Program-made: the position numbers and the translations under genes
Notes under the pieces: model-generated
Databases searched by the model: none
What the model was told of the DNA's origin: nothing
The model's input: the letters and a program-made list of their open reading frames with translations, nothing else
Assembly: GCA_008369845.1 (NCBI GenBank)
Contig: MRSU01002519.1
Location: forward strand, 1-37,032
DNA length: 37,032 nucleotides
Reading direction: 5' to 3'
From: Trichomonas gallinae
Taxonomy: Eukaryota
Shown: in pieces, positions 29,301 through 37,032 of the stretch
Layout of the letters: every line of letters begins with the position of its first letter
Numbering within the stretch: the first letter of the stretch is position 1

Positions 29301-30986
29301 ACGACATTCGAATATCTGCATTATCTCAACATTTTAGCAGGCAGATCATTCAACGATTTAAGCCAATACCCAGTCTATCCGTGGGTATTGAAAGATTATG
29401 ATGTTGACAGATTGATTCTCGGCCCATCAACAACACAATGCTTCAGAGATTTAACTAAGCCAATTGGAACACTCAACAAACAGAGGATCAGTGACTTGAT
29501 GGACTTGTATAGAGATTTCCCGATGCCAGAAGAAAAATGCTTGTATAGATCTCACTTTTCAACTATGGCTTCCGTTTCTAGTTTTCTCATTCGCCAGGAA
29601 CCATACACATCACTACACATCGCATTACAAGAAGGCAGATTTGACGTTCCAGGCAGACTTTTCCACAGCATCCCGTTGGAGTGGAAGGCAGTAACAAGCG
29701 AAGAAAACGACTTCAGAGAACTAATCCCTGAATTTTACTGCTTCCCTGATTTCTTGGTGAACTCAAATGGCTTCGATTTGGGAGCTAGAATGAAAAGTGA
29801 TGGAACAACAGAAAAACTCGGCGATGTTGTTCTTCCTAAATGGTGCAAATCTGCACGCGCGTTCGTTGTCATTCATAGAGAAGCTCTTGAAAGCGAATAC
29901 GTATCCAAATTCTTGCCAGCGTGGATTGATTTGATGTTCGGAGTCAACAGATGCAGCGAGAAAGAAAGAAACGTTTTTCATCCGCTTTCTTATCCAGAGA
30001 AACCTCGTCCAGATGATTTCCCGATAGACAGAGTCAGAAACCACTGCCTGAACTTCGGAGTCTGTCCAGACCAGATCTTCAATGAGCCACACATTCAGAG
30101 AGAAGTTATACAATTCTCGCCGAATCTTTTCAGCACGATGATTGAAGTTCCAATTATTTCAATGATGAAAGGCTACTTATTCCTGTCAGGCAGCTCTTAC
30201 ATAGATGCAAGACATTTCTGCTCAGGCAGCTCTCAGTCTTTGCCAGGAACAAAAAGGCTGCCAGGACAATATGGTGAGGTCATTTGCGTCTCCAAATCAT
30301 TCGGCATCGTGATCTTCAAGAAACCGTTTGATGATTTCGTGACAGCTGTTGAGCTCGAGCGTGAACACATCAGACGCATTTCACATGAAGGCAATGGCGT
30401 CGCGTGCGTTGCAATTTGCGGAGGAAGAGTTATGATCACTGGTGGAAATGATTGTTCGCTGCGTTTATGGAATCTTCCGTCTTTCACTTTAATCAGAGCT
30501 TCAACGCTTCACGGTTCTCCTGTTGTCGCTGTTGGAGCGAATGCTGATCTCGGCATTGTAGCTTCTATTGACAAGCAGGGCGTCTTCATTATCGAAACGT
30601 TGATGAAAGGTCACTTCTTGTGCAACGCTGAAATCAAAGTTGGAAACTCAAAGCCAACAATTCTCGTTTTCAAGAGTGGTTTGATCCTTTTAGCTTTAAC
30701 TAACGAAAAGTCGACAACTTTATCCATTTATGATACAAAGCTTGCAAAAGTCTCAACACTGGAATTAACTGGAAGTGCATCTGATATAACGAAGATCACA
30801 GACGAAAGAGGCACCGAGTTTGTTACGATGGTAATTTCTGGCGCGATTATTATTTTAGAAGCATTTTCACTTAACTTGCTTGCAACTATTCCTGCACAAT
30901 CACGCACGCCGCATGTCTGCTCTGTAAGGAAGCAGAGATTACTGATGGTTGGTGATGGAAAAGAATTCAAGACTTATCCATTTTAA
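23361..30986 (+). CDS. Beige/BEACH domain protein (ARM-like, ConA-like, PH-BEACH, BEACH, WD40)
   Basis: Canonical BEACH (W...ITTFEYLHYLNILAGRSFNDLSQYPVYPWVLKDY, FRDLTKPIG, YRSHFS, GRFDVPGRLFHSI, DFRELIPEFY, LPKWCKS, HREALESEYVS, WIDLMFG, NVFHPLSY, NFGVCPDQIF). ConA-like SFFHFDG...WFSLAIV and WD40 ITGGNDCSLRLW. First ATG at 23361. Confidence 0.96.
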   Translation: MFSSLESILQKVEGADLLVLWAKYYTEASSMPKEFYSVFPQLQNISGFFGNFKEIESKSIKKTISNITDKHQLYDLLANKFQLGNPINNDALKVFVLINNLPNSKSAKKSVAYLFENCIRIFIQISYQIYLVLGRILEEGAPVPEFMHQLHRIVFFFSFFENEQFMEFYLILKSLLSHISFRFDQILVSGSTSSLQEDIFAVLNSLVGVSRSYLTYNPGTESMCIKFITDQLDKIFVIMTAGQLSKQMLVAIRSILSSVVPDVGNIIPSQCKQLGEVAVSLIAAIVKASKIENTEIYQSVLICLKLFNETCKYDENSLPKYLFSSLTDFIHWLILTSTYKLLEDVVDVPEPLPVFDNLGPLSREDYFANHNLVVESRALNLSERLQSVAEIILQIISHYKDPSPFVANLIESIIEQEVKIEPEPYKAYLAFVLYLVSRIPENIVNAAVNNNWDFLISEKAFPLDTTQKCDVHIQRTITSITCRAFINSPESRQTILSSLNSYFEKNSQSGIIYFYNLLNSLLVVADSTDFIPILTSSKLIHKIVLIAQDNLTIFDFLRTCIFLKPSTLLVRQDILDFLNENCERDKYSDSIVSLFGIGFSLLDDNTNNWTVLSSLLKSTSKILNTVNPVIALSIINFAYGKVNTWPSKLIDSLACKKFVEATAMIPLNVYSIETFAEVVRHLTDISRMNPQVFFMLTQPDITIYDSLKKAAIHKDEGDIEPIIKVLFEFSFSSRTSKGNGYYIRNSKVLEVILEWIKNTKHELTIIQQFNKLAMKSMGNIFQMNKAKIPEYILTRIEECGDNVSVISEFLTLFSQLCMYVFNTSILYAGIELMKSVNFKYPNLILSTFFRLITDEQLTGPNSFFHFDGTATGIFAAETIFNENDCMFLSARIDQNLDLTIQPLVSITNDNSEQMIINLNGNKLNVNYMAQKVIQKADGVLNIETNSWFSLAIVLSQKGVQIYANGNPDIQLPPLTLGKRAKIYIGNLTDSMNSNGLIGDIGPVVIVRNLDPHKLSIKMSTNDIIEKYGNDVVFRISSRTTFQNTVLNVSEQSQAVQFRGQPIFNVSTILDTLKSVAAIPNLMPLITRLSIGESTTSGDNGSEMLIALIQIFVRLMQKHQGLVSAFMGIKGAKLLCGFLAKVDPLYFDERTLSTIMDLYHVTKENDYLTSLVQDLYLSVDFVRALKPELQQMYFISFIPTLYNSNKIPFTSFQTLDFMVCRALQLTTLGIPVASAYWNFILKMVTPTTLPVLMTILISIIAKSTDHRITVQVLDLYSAILDDENSKLSNVVTIYDYYLPFVYSLINPIEHIQRRLITLIDKIIAPPEKLEQYAILASLNHIKCSNPYAFSSSLWKAMSNNHPQLFPLLVKSIYELPEANRQVFYSDVMTMIFTRCEKSIIDLKNWYFWVISFSMIYHNPKTQLDKIIEPLIPLLDDALLRKRADDLAEIISMIGIIQFNYGVSTRELKKNILIHILNEGSGLFSEVFKDIYPIVLAETFKFIFFHMKIDSRSEYSSYIPSYLSSMVPELKFMPTEMKFGINQDENGFWIDLDIAKVLLDNIQYSVDCKIKIFNTLEIDSTVASAYIATLVARFNEQIFKKSINGFLSVFKDTNYDDAYTAACFIYLISKKLGISLGDNLEKLKRFVYYYTDDDDSPELRYYIFEESLEKLAKSAVQVLYAKEKSDLINTMLNRYSSILHVPDLMKLKDTPESPIFLQIIKTASPQVINLIQGSFDRIMTKTKSIEQQSYMSLSKLISSFMRELSISGGPWTEKDIVYHYKMSPYVSSRGQRVILSINHHFDDHKKASELRDSGISTAEATQNLPRFKVFQGSTPVAIKTEGFHAQVELITEKTAISGILQHTKRFVYFTSKHGDKQKYLELQLDDIEFIFIRKQVHQETACEIFMNTNRSHYFIFSCVEDRATFFRSVNTEYISNKEVEDPHKFFFFSELRKANVSIVQTLPAADIVKALKLPEKWAKYKITTFEYLHYLNILAGRSFNDLSQYPVYPWVLKDYDVDRLILGPSTTQCFRDLTKPIGTLNKQRISDLMDLYRDFPMPEEKCLYRSHFSTMASVSSFLIRQEPYTSLHIALQEGRFDVPGRLFHSIPLEWKAVTSEENDFRELIPEFYCFPDFLVNSNGFDLGARMKSDGTTEKLGDVVLPKWCKSARAFVVIHREALESEYVSKFLPAWIDLMFGVNRCSEKERNVFHPLSYPEKPRPDDFPIDRVRNHCLNFGVCPDQIFNEPHIQREVIQFSPNLFSTMIEVPIISMMKGYLFLSGSSYIDARHFCSGSSQSLPGTKRLPGQYGEVICVSKSFGIVIFKKPFDDFVTAVELEREHIRRISHEGNGVACVAICGGRVMITGGNDCSLRLWNLPSFTLIRASTLHGSPVVAVGANADLGIVASIDKQGVFIIETLMKGHFLCNAEIKVGNSKPTILVFKSGLILLALTNEKSTTLSIYDTKLAKVSTLELTGSASDITKITDERGTEFVTMVISGAIIILEAFSLNLLATIPAQSRTPHVCSVRKQRLLMVGDGKEFKTYPF

Positions 30987-31285
30987 TTTGCATAATTTTT
31001 TTGCGAAATATATTTTTTTGTTTATTAAATATAAAAGTTCTATAGTATTGATATTGTAATTATTTACATGAAAACGTTATTAGACGAAAATTTTAATCAA
31101 AAAATATCAAAAAAATATGATAAGTGAAAACATAATTTTTTGTTATTGAATTAAATCATTATTGAGAAGTCTATTGATTAGTTTGTATTATTCTTGATTT
31201 GATATGATATTGAAAAATCAATAGCATTAAATAATTACTTTTAATGATGTTTTTATATAAGTATACATACAAAATAAAAAATGAA

Positions 31286-32065
31286 TTAATACACGAAGTT
31301 AACATTGGCGTTTGTATTGATCATTTCAGGTGGTTCATCTGTTTCTGGAATTTCACTAGCTGCTGGTCTTTGCAATGAGAGCATTTCTGGAGAAATTGTT
31401 GGTGGGAGTTCAATAGGCTTTTCAACTACTGGTTCTGGTTCGATAGGAAGGAAACCTAAGGCTTTTCGATACAAGCCAGCTAATTCATTGTAGAAGGAGC
31501 ACTCCATGGCTGTGAAATTAGAAAATGTTTGTGTGAGCATCATCCAGCCAGATTTGACTCTTCTCATTTTGAATAGAGAGAATTTCTTCTGGAATTCGAT
31601 AAGTTCGCAGTCAGTTTCATATAAATCTTTCGTAATATTTAGCTTTCTCTGGAATTCTGGATCAGTATCTTTGTCTTTCAAAACATCTATAAGTTTATCA
31701 GCTTTGGCGAAGTTAATACCTTTTTTACTGGCATCTTCCAAAGTCTGCTTTATCATTTGGCGCTTTTTCTCCAGTCTTCTTCCGACAACGTATCTGGCAT
31801 TGATATCTTTGAAGTCTTCTATTGCTCTATTGATGCTGTTAGCAACGTGTCTGTAAAGATTTTCGAGTTTCCTGTATGTATCTGATATTTTGATGAAGTA
31901 TGTTCCACTATCTGGTACTTCATTTGATATGATCGTGACAATACATTGGTTTAACTGCGCAATAACATCTGCCCTATTGATAAACTCTTTGACCAGCTCG
32001 TCCATTGAGTTCGTAAAGGCTTCTAATTGTGCTATTTGCGGTGGTCCTTTCAATTGCGCGAACAT
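31286..32065 (-). CDS. BAR/Vps5-C-terminal-like helical coiled-coil protein with Pro-rich tail
   Basis: 259-aa ORF. About 200 aa of long amphipathic helices resemble the dimerisation part of SNX-BAR proteins, followed by a PEST-like tail. No PX domain. The family call is tentative. Confidence 0.55.
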   Translation of the reverse strand: MFAQLKGPPQIAQLEAFTNSMDELVKEFINRADVIAQLNQCIVTIISNEVPDSGTYFIKISDTYRKLENLYRHVANSINRAIEDFKDINARYVVGRRLEKKRQMIKQTLEDASKKGINFAKADKLIDVLKDKDTDPEFQRKLNITKDLYETDCELIEFQKKFSLFKMRRVKSGWMMLTQTFSNFTAMECSFYNELAGLYRKALGFLPIEPEPVVEKPIELPPTISPEMLSLQRPAASEIPETDEPPEMINTNANVNFVY

Positions 32066-32883
32066 TACAAAAAAATGACTTTTCTGACAATGATTTTTTA
32101 CTATTTCATGGTATTTATAATGGTAATAATAATCTATTATTATTTTTCAAAACAATAAGAGTTGTGTTGTATTTGACATGTAAAGTATATATTTCTGAAA
32201 TCTATGATTTTATTGTCAAATATTTTATTAGTTTAATTTTAAATCGGAAAACGCACAAATAACTGATACTAAAACAATAAAAAGGGAAAAAAACAGTAAA
32301 ATACAATATGATGATTTGAATCATCAATGATTATTTCTTTCCAATTATGATGGAGACTAAATAGTGGATGAGTTGAAAAATTAAACAAGTTTTGAACTTC
32401 AATTTGCAATTATATTCAGATTCATTATCTTTTGTAGCGTAATCTTTTCCGTAAATACAAGATAGATGATATACAACAAAATTAGGTAAATCTAGCTGAA
32501 TATTTTTCTCTTCTGAGTAATATTCGAAATAAAAAACATTTTGAATTGTCATCAGCCGACGCTCATGCATATTTATAACTAACAAGACGATTAAAGACTT
32601 TTGAGATAATTAAATACCAATGAATCAAATTTATTATGTCTGCAAGAAAACATTATTGATATTTGTCACGTAAAGTATCATGATTTTTTCTCTAGTTTAC
32701 AAATATTAACTTGAAAACAAGCATTGATAATACTATGTTTTAATTCAAAAAAAAATAAAGAAAATTTTGAAAAAAAAACAGATTTTAACAATTTTCTGTT
32801 AATTGGCACAGATGAATATCACTTATCATAATTTTCATGTCGACAGCCCAAAATTGAATGTAAAGATTTTACGGTTTTTTTAA

Positions 32884-33939
32884 ATGAGTTATGTTTTTTC
32901 TAATGACTTTCCTAAGGTAGAAGACTTTCATCCAAGCCCGGAAAAACTTACTAGTAATCCAATGAGAGTCTATACTGGTCGATTTTACGACAACAATAAT
33001 AACATCGAAACAGGTTTCCCTTTTCTTCAAACATTCGACGAAATCGTGCGCGATGACTCCACCAGAATAAAAATAGGATTCGATTCTAAGAAAAAATCCA
33101 CATTTTTTTCAATCAAAAATAAATCACCGATTCATTTTTTATACAGATTCTGTAGCTACATGTATTTTATGATTGGTGGTCACCCGTACGCATTCACAGG
33201 ATCACCACACCATGAAATTTCGCAATGCTACATATCTACTAAAGGAACAAATTGCCATATTGGGTCTATTTGTTTTAGAAAAATCCACAAAGGCAATTTT
33301 ATTGAAGAATTTGTCGATAAATTGGCCGACATGATCAAGTACTGCATTGAGCCTTCTGTGAAGAATTTTGTTCCTCACGTTATCAACTTGAACGAAATTG
33401 ATATTCCTGTTACTCGTCGCGACAAGATCATTCGCTTTTTCCGACATAAGAAAAACTCCGACCTTTTCCAGCTTTTCAAGGAGAAGAACGAAATCACTAT
33501 TGGTAAGTATAACAAATTCTCTCACTGTTTGTTTCATGTCCTGAGTAACATTATTCGTCCAGACTGGCGTCTTCCTACATCTGGCTACGAACGGACACCT
33601 GACGGCCAATTTGTTGAAAATTGTTATAATAGGTGGCGCTCTGATGGTGAAGAATATAACTATAACATCATTGTTGCACACAGAGGTGTTTTTGTTGATC
33701 GCTGCATCCTGTATTTTGGTGCTCTCACATTCTACATCAGCCGTGATGGTCGAATTGGTATATGTCGGTGCGCTTTCTCTCCGTGCTCCGCGATGATGTT
33801 CTATTGTCCACTTTATCTCCGGTCTCCTCTTTGTGACCGTGAGCGAATGCTTGTTGATATTGGTCTCCATCTTATGTCACAGACTACTAAAGTTTACGAG
33901 GACTCATTTTCACTTGGGTTATTTGAATTTCCACACTAA
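32884..33939 (+). CDS. Hypothetical protein
   Basis: 351-aa ORF with clear coding-type composition and a Cys/aromatic-rich C-terminal third. No family recognised. Confidence 0.8.
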   Translation: MSYVFSNDFPKVEDFHPSPEKLTSNPMRVYTGRFYDNNNNIETGFPFLQTFDEIVRDDSTRIKIGFDSKKKSTFFSIKNKSPIHFLYRFCSYMYFMIGGHPYAFTGSPHHEISQCYISTKGTNCHIGSICFRKIHKGNFIEEFVDKLADMIKYCIEPSVKNFVPHVINLNEIDIPVTRRDKIIRFFRHKKNSDLFQLFKEKNEITIGKYNKFSHCLFHVLSNIIRPDWRLPTSGYERTPDGQFVENCYNRWRSDGEEYNYNIIVAHRGVFVDRCILYFGALTFYISRDGRIGICRCAFSPCSAMMFYCPLYLRSPLCDRERMLVDIGLHLMSQTTKVYEDSFSLGLFEFPH

Positions 33940-34638
33940 TTTTATTTACGGATCAGTTATATTACTTTGTTTCTACTCCAAACTTTTTTCCCGATTGAAT
34001 TCTTCTTATTTTTGAGTTTCCAGAAATTAATATTTCGTCGTAGCAGATTTCGAAGCATGCTCAACTTATTATTGGGCTGTAATTACTAATATCAGTTAAA
34101 AATGGATGCTGTGCTTGGCATTCATCAGGAATAATTTCCATAATTTTTTCTTAGAGCAACGGAAAAAAAGCATGCCCACTGATTCATTACTCAAAAAAAA
34201 TCTAGTCTATCAGCGAGTAGATATATATGCAAATTCGATCTTTTAATACAAAATGCTTGACATTTGAAAAGAATTTCAATTAGAGAATACTTAACAGCAA
34301 GTAGATTGTTGTGTTATTCTCGAAAATGAGGCAGTGAAGGAGTAAATGGAAGAATCGATGCAAAGGATGTTATGATGAAACATTCATTTAAGAGAACTAC
34401 ATGTATTTCATATGCACATTAAATTCAAATACCCAAACCAAGCTTGTCCATGCACAGATATTCTCGTATTACAAATAAACAAAAACATTTCTAATTCAGC
34501 AAATAGACAATATATAATTTACATTGAAATTTGATATGAACACCAATATTCAAATCTTGATGTTCATTAAGATCAAATATATAGCCAATAGAGTTATTAT
34601 AAGTCTATTAAATCACAGCTTTTTTCATATCATTAAAA

Positions 34639-35736
34639 ATGATTGCTTCGATTCTTATGGTTTGGATGAATGGAAGTCAAATGGGATTTATCAATCATCT
34701 GAGAAAGAAGCAAGATATTCCAATGATTGCAATGTTTTCTATAGATTGGTGCCCGCATTGCAAACAAATTGCACCAATTTTCAACAAAGTTGCAAAAGAG
34801 TATAATGATAATCAAAACATTGTTTTTACTTCAATTGACTGCAAGAATGATGAAGATTTTTGTAGGAAAATGGAAATTTCAAGTTATCCGAGTTTTATTC
34901 TTGCAATGCACAACCTCACATCGAATATGCCATTCTTAAATAATGAAAAACTACTTAAAAATACAATATCTCGTGTTTTGGAGTTCAAAAACTTTAATTT
35001 CAAAGATGTTGAAAACAATATTTATCCATATTTTGAATTTACGGTTTCTGGAAATGATGAAATTTCGAAGAATATTATAAATATTGTAATAGCATCATCA
35101 TCTCTCGATTTCAACAGATTCAAAATCAATGAACGAAATTTACAATATTTAATTGAGCCAAAACTAGTTGCTCACATTGACAAAGATCTCCAAGTTCCTA
35201 TGGATGAACAATTTAAACCATATCAGTTACAATATTTTATCAAACAGAATTCAATTCCTATTTTTGGCGATTGGACTTTCCAAGCAATTAATCATTTGAA
35301 TAAGCGCGTTGCTATACTATTAACTAATGATATTACTGATTATCAAAAATATAAATATCTAGCAAAGAAATTCTACGACAAATTTGTTTGGCTGAATGAT
35401 AATGGTGTAAAGCAATTTGATATTGCATCAAAATATTGGTCAATTTCTAAATCGGATCTTCCCGCAATCATTATCATGGATTCCAAGGCAACATATTATT
35501 CAGCACTTAAAAATATCAATGATTCAACAAAAATGATTGAATACGAAGGCCTGCTTCAAAGAGATGTTCTTCAAAGAAATTATTTCAAAATTGATTTCTA
35601 TTCTGAACAAAGATCATTAAGAATGAAGAGCACAATTATAATATTCTTACAAATATTCTCTGGTGTTACGTTTTTATGTCTATTAGCAGCCTATAGCTTC
35701 GTAAAGATAAAAGACAATCGCAAAAAAGTAGAATAA
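34639..35736 (+). CDS. PDI/TMX-like ER membrane thioredoxin-domain protein
   Basis: WCPHC active site, IDC...FC, SSYPSFIL, further Trx-like folds (DLPAIIIMD), a C-terminal TM helix and a KKVE di-lysine ER-retrieval end. Inr-like TCATT at 34630. Confidence 0.88.
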   Translation: MIASILMVWMNGSQMGFINHLRKKQDIPMIAMFSIDWCPHCKQIAPIFNKVAKEYNDNQNIVFTSIDCKNDEDFCRKMEISSYPSFILAMHNLTSNMPFLNNEKLLKNTISRVLEFKNFNFKDVENNIYPYFEFTVSGNDEISKNIINIVIASSSLDFNRFKINERNLQYLIEPKLVAHIDKDLQVPMDEQFKPYQLQYFIKQNSIPIFGDWTFQAINHLNKRVAILLTNDITDYQKYKYLAKKFYDKFVWLNDNGVKQFDIASKYWSISKSDLPAIIIMDSKATYYSALKNINDSTKMIEYEGLLQRDVLQRNYFKIDFYSEQRSLRMKSTIIIFLQIFSGVTFLCLLAAYSFVKIKDNRKKVE

Positions 35737-35859
35737 TTATCATAACTTTGTTACTATGTGAGTATAAACTGTCTTATATATGTAATTATATAACACTTCA
35801 ATGATTGATAATATTTTTATTCAAATCATGATCAGATCTTTGCAATATACTTACAAAAA

Positions 35860-36290
35860 TATCTAGTCCTATAACTAATGACATTAACATCAATTACGTT
35901 GAGTTAATCTTTGTTTTCAAAGAAATCTGAGATCAAATATAGCAAATTATATGTGTAAATAATGCATTCTTAGTTAATTTTCACAGGATTAAAATTAACT
36001 CTAAGTATAGTAAACATATTTCACAAGAATACTAGCCAATTTCAATGCTATACTATCGTTCCGCCTAGCGCCACCTGGTGGAAGCAATAATGAAGATATC
36101 TCAATTCAGTAAACATATTCTACACAGTCCTATGTATTAAACGTGTCTGGTGTATTGAAAAATTAATACGAAGAAAAAAACTAAGAATTTTACAATAACT
36201 TTTTTCTTTTGCGTTGACATCTATTCCAGGAACTGTGAGAAGGATAGAAGGTTGATGTTGTATATATCCAAACTGGATATAGATATAAGA
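35860..36290 (-). pseudogene. Ankyrin-repeat gene remnant
   Basis: ILLTVPGIDVNAKEK, EISSLLLPPGGARRNDSIALKLAS and VIDVNV fragments in different frames with stops. AGTAAACATATT repeats at 36009 and 36108, a 99-bp (33-codon) ankyrin period. Boundaries are approximate. Confidence 0.6.
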
Positions 36291-36610
36291 TGTAAGGAGA
36301 AAAGTTTGATCAAAAAATGACAAAAATATTTACGTGGCAGTTTGACATGTAACAAAATTGTCAAAAAAATAAAATTGAGAGTTGCGAAGAATTGAAAGCT
36401 GTAAAAAATGTGATTATTCCCATTTTCATTTTGCATATACATATATCAAATAAACGCTAAAAACGAAAAATGAAAAGTGACATTGATTAAAATTGAGAAG
36501 AAAAGCTTTTTTCGCTGTGCTCCTTGTTTTCTGCCAGTGTAGATGTGTTTAATCGATAGAAAAAAAGAATTCAAAAATGTACGTTTTTTTCGATTTAAAA
36601 AAAAGATACA

Positions 36611-37032
36611 ATGTCTCAGCTTTATGCACGAGTTACTAGCTCTACCGTAAATCCAGGGCCAGGCTCGTACACACCAAAATTAGGCACGACAAGTGATAAG
36701 CCTCGCGCGCCAGAATATTCATTAAAAGGAAGACATACAACCTCCGAAAACGTTAATACAGCACCATATCGCGATCTTCCATCTTCGATCGGTTCTGGAC
36801 CTAAAATCTCACTTGCATCTCGACATGCAACGCGAGATGTCGAAAATACGCCTGGTCCCGGATACGTTCCACCAGCTCTTGGTGCAGACGCTCCAAAAGT
36901 ATCAATGTCGACAAGGCATGCAGAAGTACGTGATTCTAGACTAGATAATCCTGGTCCAGGTGCTTATGGATATACTCCAACATTTGGTAATGAGGCGCCA
37001 AAAGCGTACATGCACTCAAGAACAGGTGATCC
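36611..37032 (+). CDS. SHIPPO-1/ODF3-like PGPGxY repeat axonemal protein (runs off the window end, absent from the ORF track)
   Basis: MSQLYARVTSSTVNPGPGSYTPKLG...APEYSLKGRH...GPKISLASRH...TPGPGYVPP...PKVSMSTRH...NPGPGAYGYTPTFG, open to the window end. Confidence 0.9.
   Translation, partial: MSQLYARVTSSTVNPGPGSYTPKLGTTSDKPRAPEYSLKGRHTTSENVNTAPYRDLPSSIGSGPKISLASRHATRDVENTPGPGYVPPALGADAPKVSMSTRHAEVRDSRLDNPGPGAYGYTPTFGNEAPKAYMHSRTGD

Noticed and set aside
33202..33870. 222-aa antisense ORF
   Set aside because: Fully nested opposite the 351-aa gene with no recognisable motifs. Best explained as a shadow ORF.
36058..36085. GC island matching the CTCF consensus (reverse complement CCACCAGGTGGCGCTA)
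   Set aside because: It lies within the ankyrin remnant and translates as LPPGGARRN in the repeat frame, and CTCF is an animal protein. Most likely coincidence.
36147..36193. 47-nt GT...AG intron-like segment on the minus strand of the ankyrin remnant
   Set aside because: It lacks the trichomonad GTATGT donor and ACTAAC branch motif, and splicing it would shift out of the following TRLIH frame.

Overview
AT-rich, intron-poor eukaryotic DNA, not prokaryotic. The mix of BspA-like LRR, transmembrane adenylyl cyclase, multiple BEACH proteins, TCA(Y)W initiator elements, AAAGTGAC promoter motifs and TAAA poly(A) signals overlapping stop codons points strongly to Trichomonas vaginalis or a close parabasalid (inference from gene content, no search run). 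The window holds about 12 apparently intact single-exon genes: two giant BEACH-family proteins, thioredoxin, a VPS9-like protein, a class 3 lipase, an XPD/Rad3-like protein, a CK2-like kinase, a BAR-like protein, a PDI/TMX-like protein, two unknowns and a SHIPPO/ODF3 gene cut by the window end. Intergenic space contains many decayed gene copies (BspA, an internally deleted class I PI3K, a transmembrane cyclase, a beta-helix surface protein, ankyrin). Best leads: (1) a full-length XPD-like ORF that keeps its four Fe-S cysteines but has lost the ATPase motifs; (2) a tRNA-like Pol III cassette (A box, B box, T7 terminator) that cannot fold as a tRNA; (3) a recurring TGACA/TGTCA plus GTAAAG motif system in phased arrays and palindromes next to gene starts; (4) a PI3K remnant joining its Ras-binding domain directly to its C-terminal tail. 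No CRISPR array, rRNA or intact transposase is seen.
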